DNA from: Eledone cirrhosa
Lineage: Eukaryota
DNA: 64,000 nucleotides
Direction of reading: 5' to 3'
Assembly (NCBI GenBank): GCA_964016885.1
Contig: OZ024740.1
Coordinates: forward strand, 297,476,001 to 297,540,000
Shown: positions 63,017 through 64,000 of the stretch, piece after piece
Position numbering within the stretch: the first letter of the stretch is position 1
How the letters are laid out: every line of letters starts with the position of its first letter
The notes under the pieces: model-generated
The model's database searches: none
Seen by the model: only the letters and a program-made list of their open reading frames with translations
Told to the model about the DNA's origin: nothing
Made by a program: the position numbers and the translations under genes

Positions 63017-64000
63017 CATACATACATATAGACATACATATTTTTATCAAAAATGTTGACTCCTCTTTACAAAAATAAAAATAAAAATTCAGGTGATCTT
63101 TAGAAATATTTTCACCTGAATTCATAAAAGATTTTCATGTGACTTCAATTAATCCATGTAGTTTTAAATGAAAAGAACCATATATCATCACAAAGGACCA
63201 GCCCTCTACATAAAGAATCGTCTGGCATTATGTCACATGATGTGACTTCATATCAAAATCACGTGATTTACGAAAACAATTTATAGACTTTACACAAAGA
63301 ATGAGGATTTCATATGACATCAACATTGTAAAAATACATCACAAAGCTTGAGAAATGTATTTGTTTACAATATGTTTGTGACTAAAAGAAGAAAGAGTGA
63401 AAATGGAAAAAGAGGGGTGAGAAATGTGGAGATGGTAAACTCTGCACTCTTAAATGGATGGTGTTTATCAGCTGCGCCCCGCGGACAAGATGGTAAAAGT
63501 ATTTCTGCGGTGAAGAGCGTACGATACCCGTGCAATTCCATCTAGTGGAGTTTCTTCCTTGGGCGAAAAGCCGACTTCTCGATTTGACGGAGAAAAACGG
63601 CAGTCCGTGGACCAAGGACATTCTAGAGTTCAACGGCATCGTTGTAAAGTTACCGGTTTCGAATCACCTTTGTAATCGCCTGACCACAGTAATACTTTCA
63701 GACAGGTATGAAGGTCCCACTTATTTCCCCATAACTGCAAAAGTTATTAACATTGTGTCTAAGTCAGAAATAAATATTGTTATGCTGCTAATAGGATTGT
63801 GCAATCAAGAAATAGCATAGCTATAATCATTTCCATCCCTTTAGTTTCTGAGTTCAAATCTTACTGTGGTCAACTATGATGCTTATTTCTCTGGTGGTCA
63901 CAAAATAGATAGAAGAAATACATTTTGATTGATTGATTTAACTAAACACTTTTTTCCTGTTAAAGATATTTCCTGTTTATGTGTCTGCTTCACGAAAACA

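Overview
Eukaryotic, AT-rich and microsatellite-dense DNA; the SINE and microsatellite profile suggests an octopus or other coleoid genome (inference). Most ORFs in the track are microsatellite artefacts. One real gene can be assembled by hand on the minus strand: 13 GT-AG exons from 59216 down to 22685, 482 aa. It encodes a signal peptide and five 183-nt exons, each a variant CBM14/peritrophin-A chitin-binding domain, separated by short phase-1 linker exons. The rest is mobile DNA: two Penelope-like elements (PLEs), Tx1/L1-like, RTE-like and CRE-like LINE fragments, Tc1/mariner and hAT remnants, and about 20 tRNA-derived SINE copies. The most striking unexplained structure is more than 20 type-I hammerhead ribozyme (HHR) motifs from about 10 sequence families, nearly all in small fold-back elements inserted in (TA)n. 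They include a 7-copy tandem array (2351-6187) with one identical HHR per ~440-bp unit, variable (TA)n spacers and a trimeric higher-order pattern. All calls were read by eye and no database search was run.
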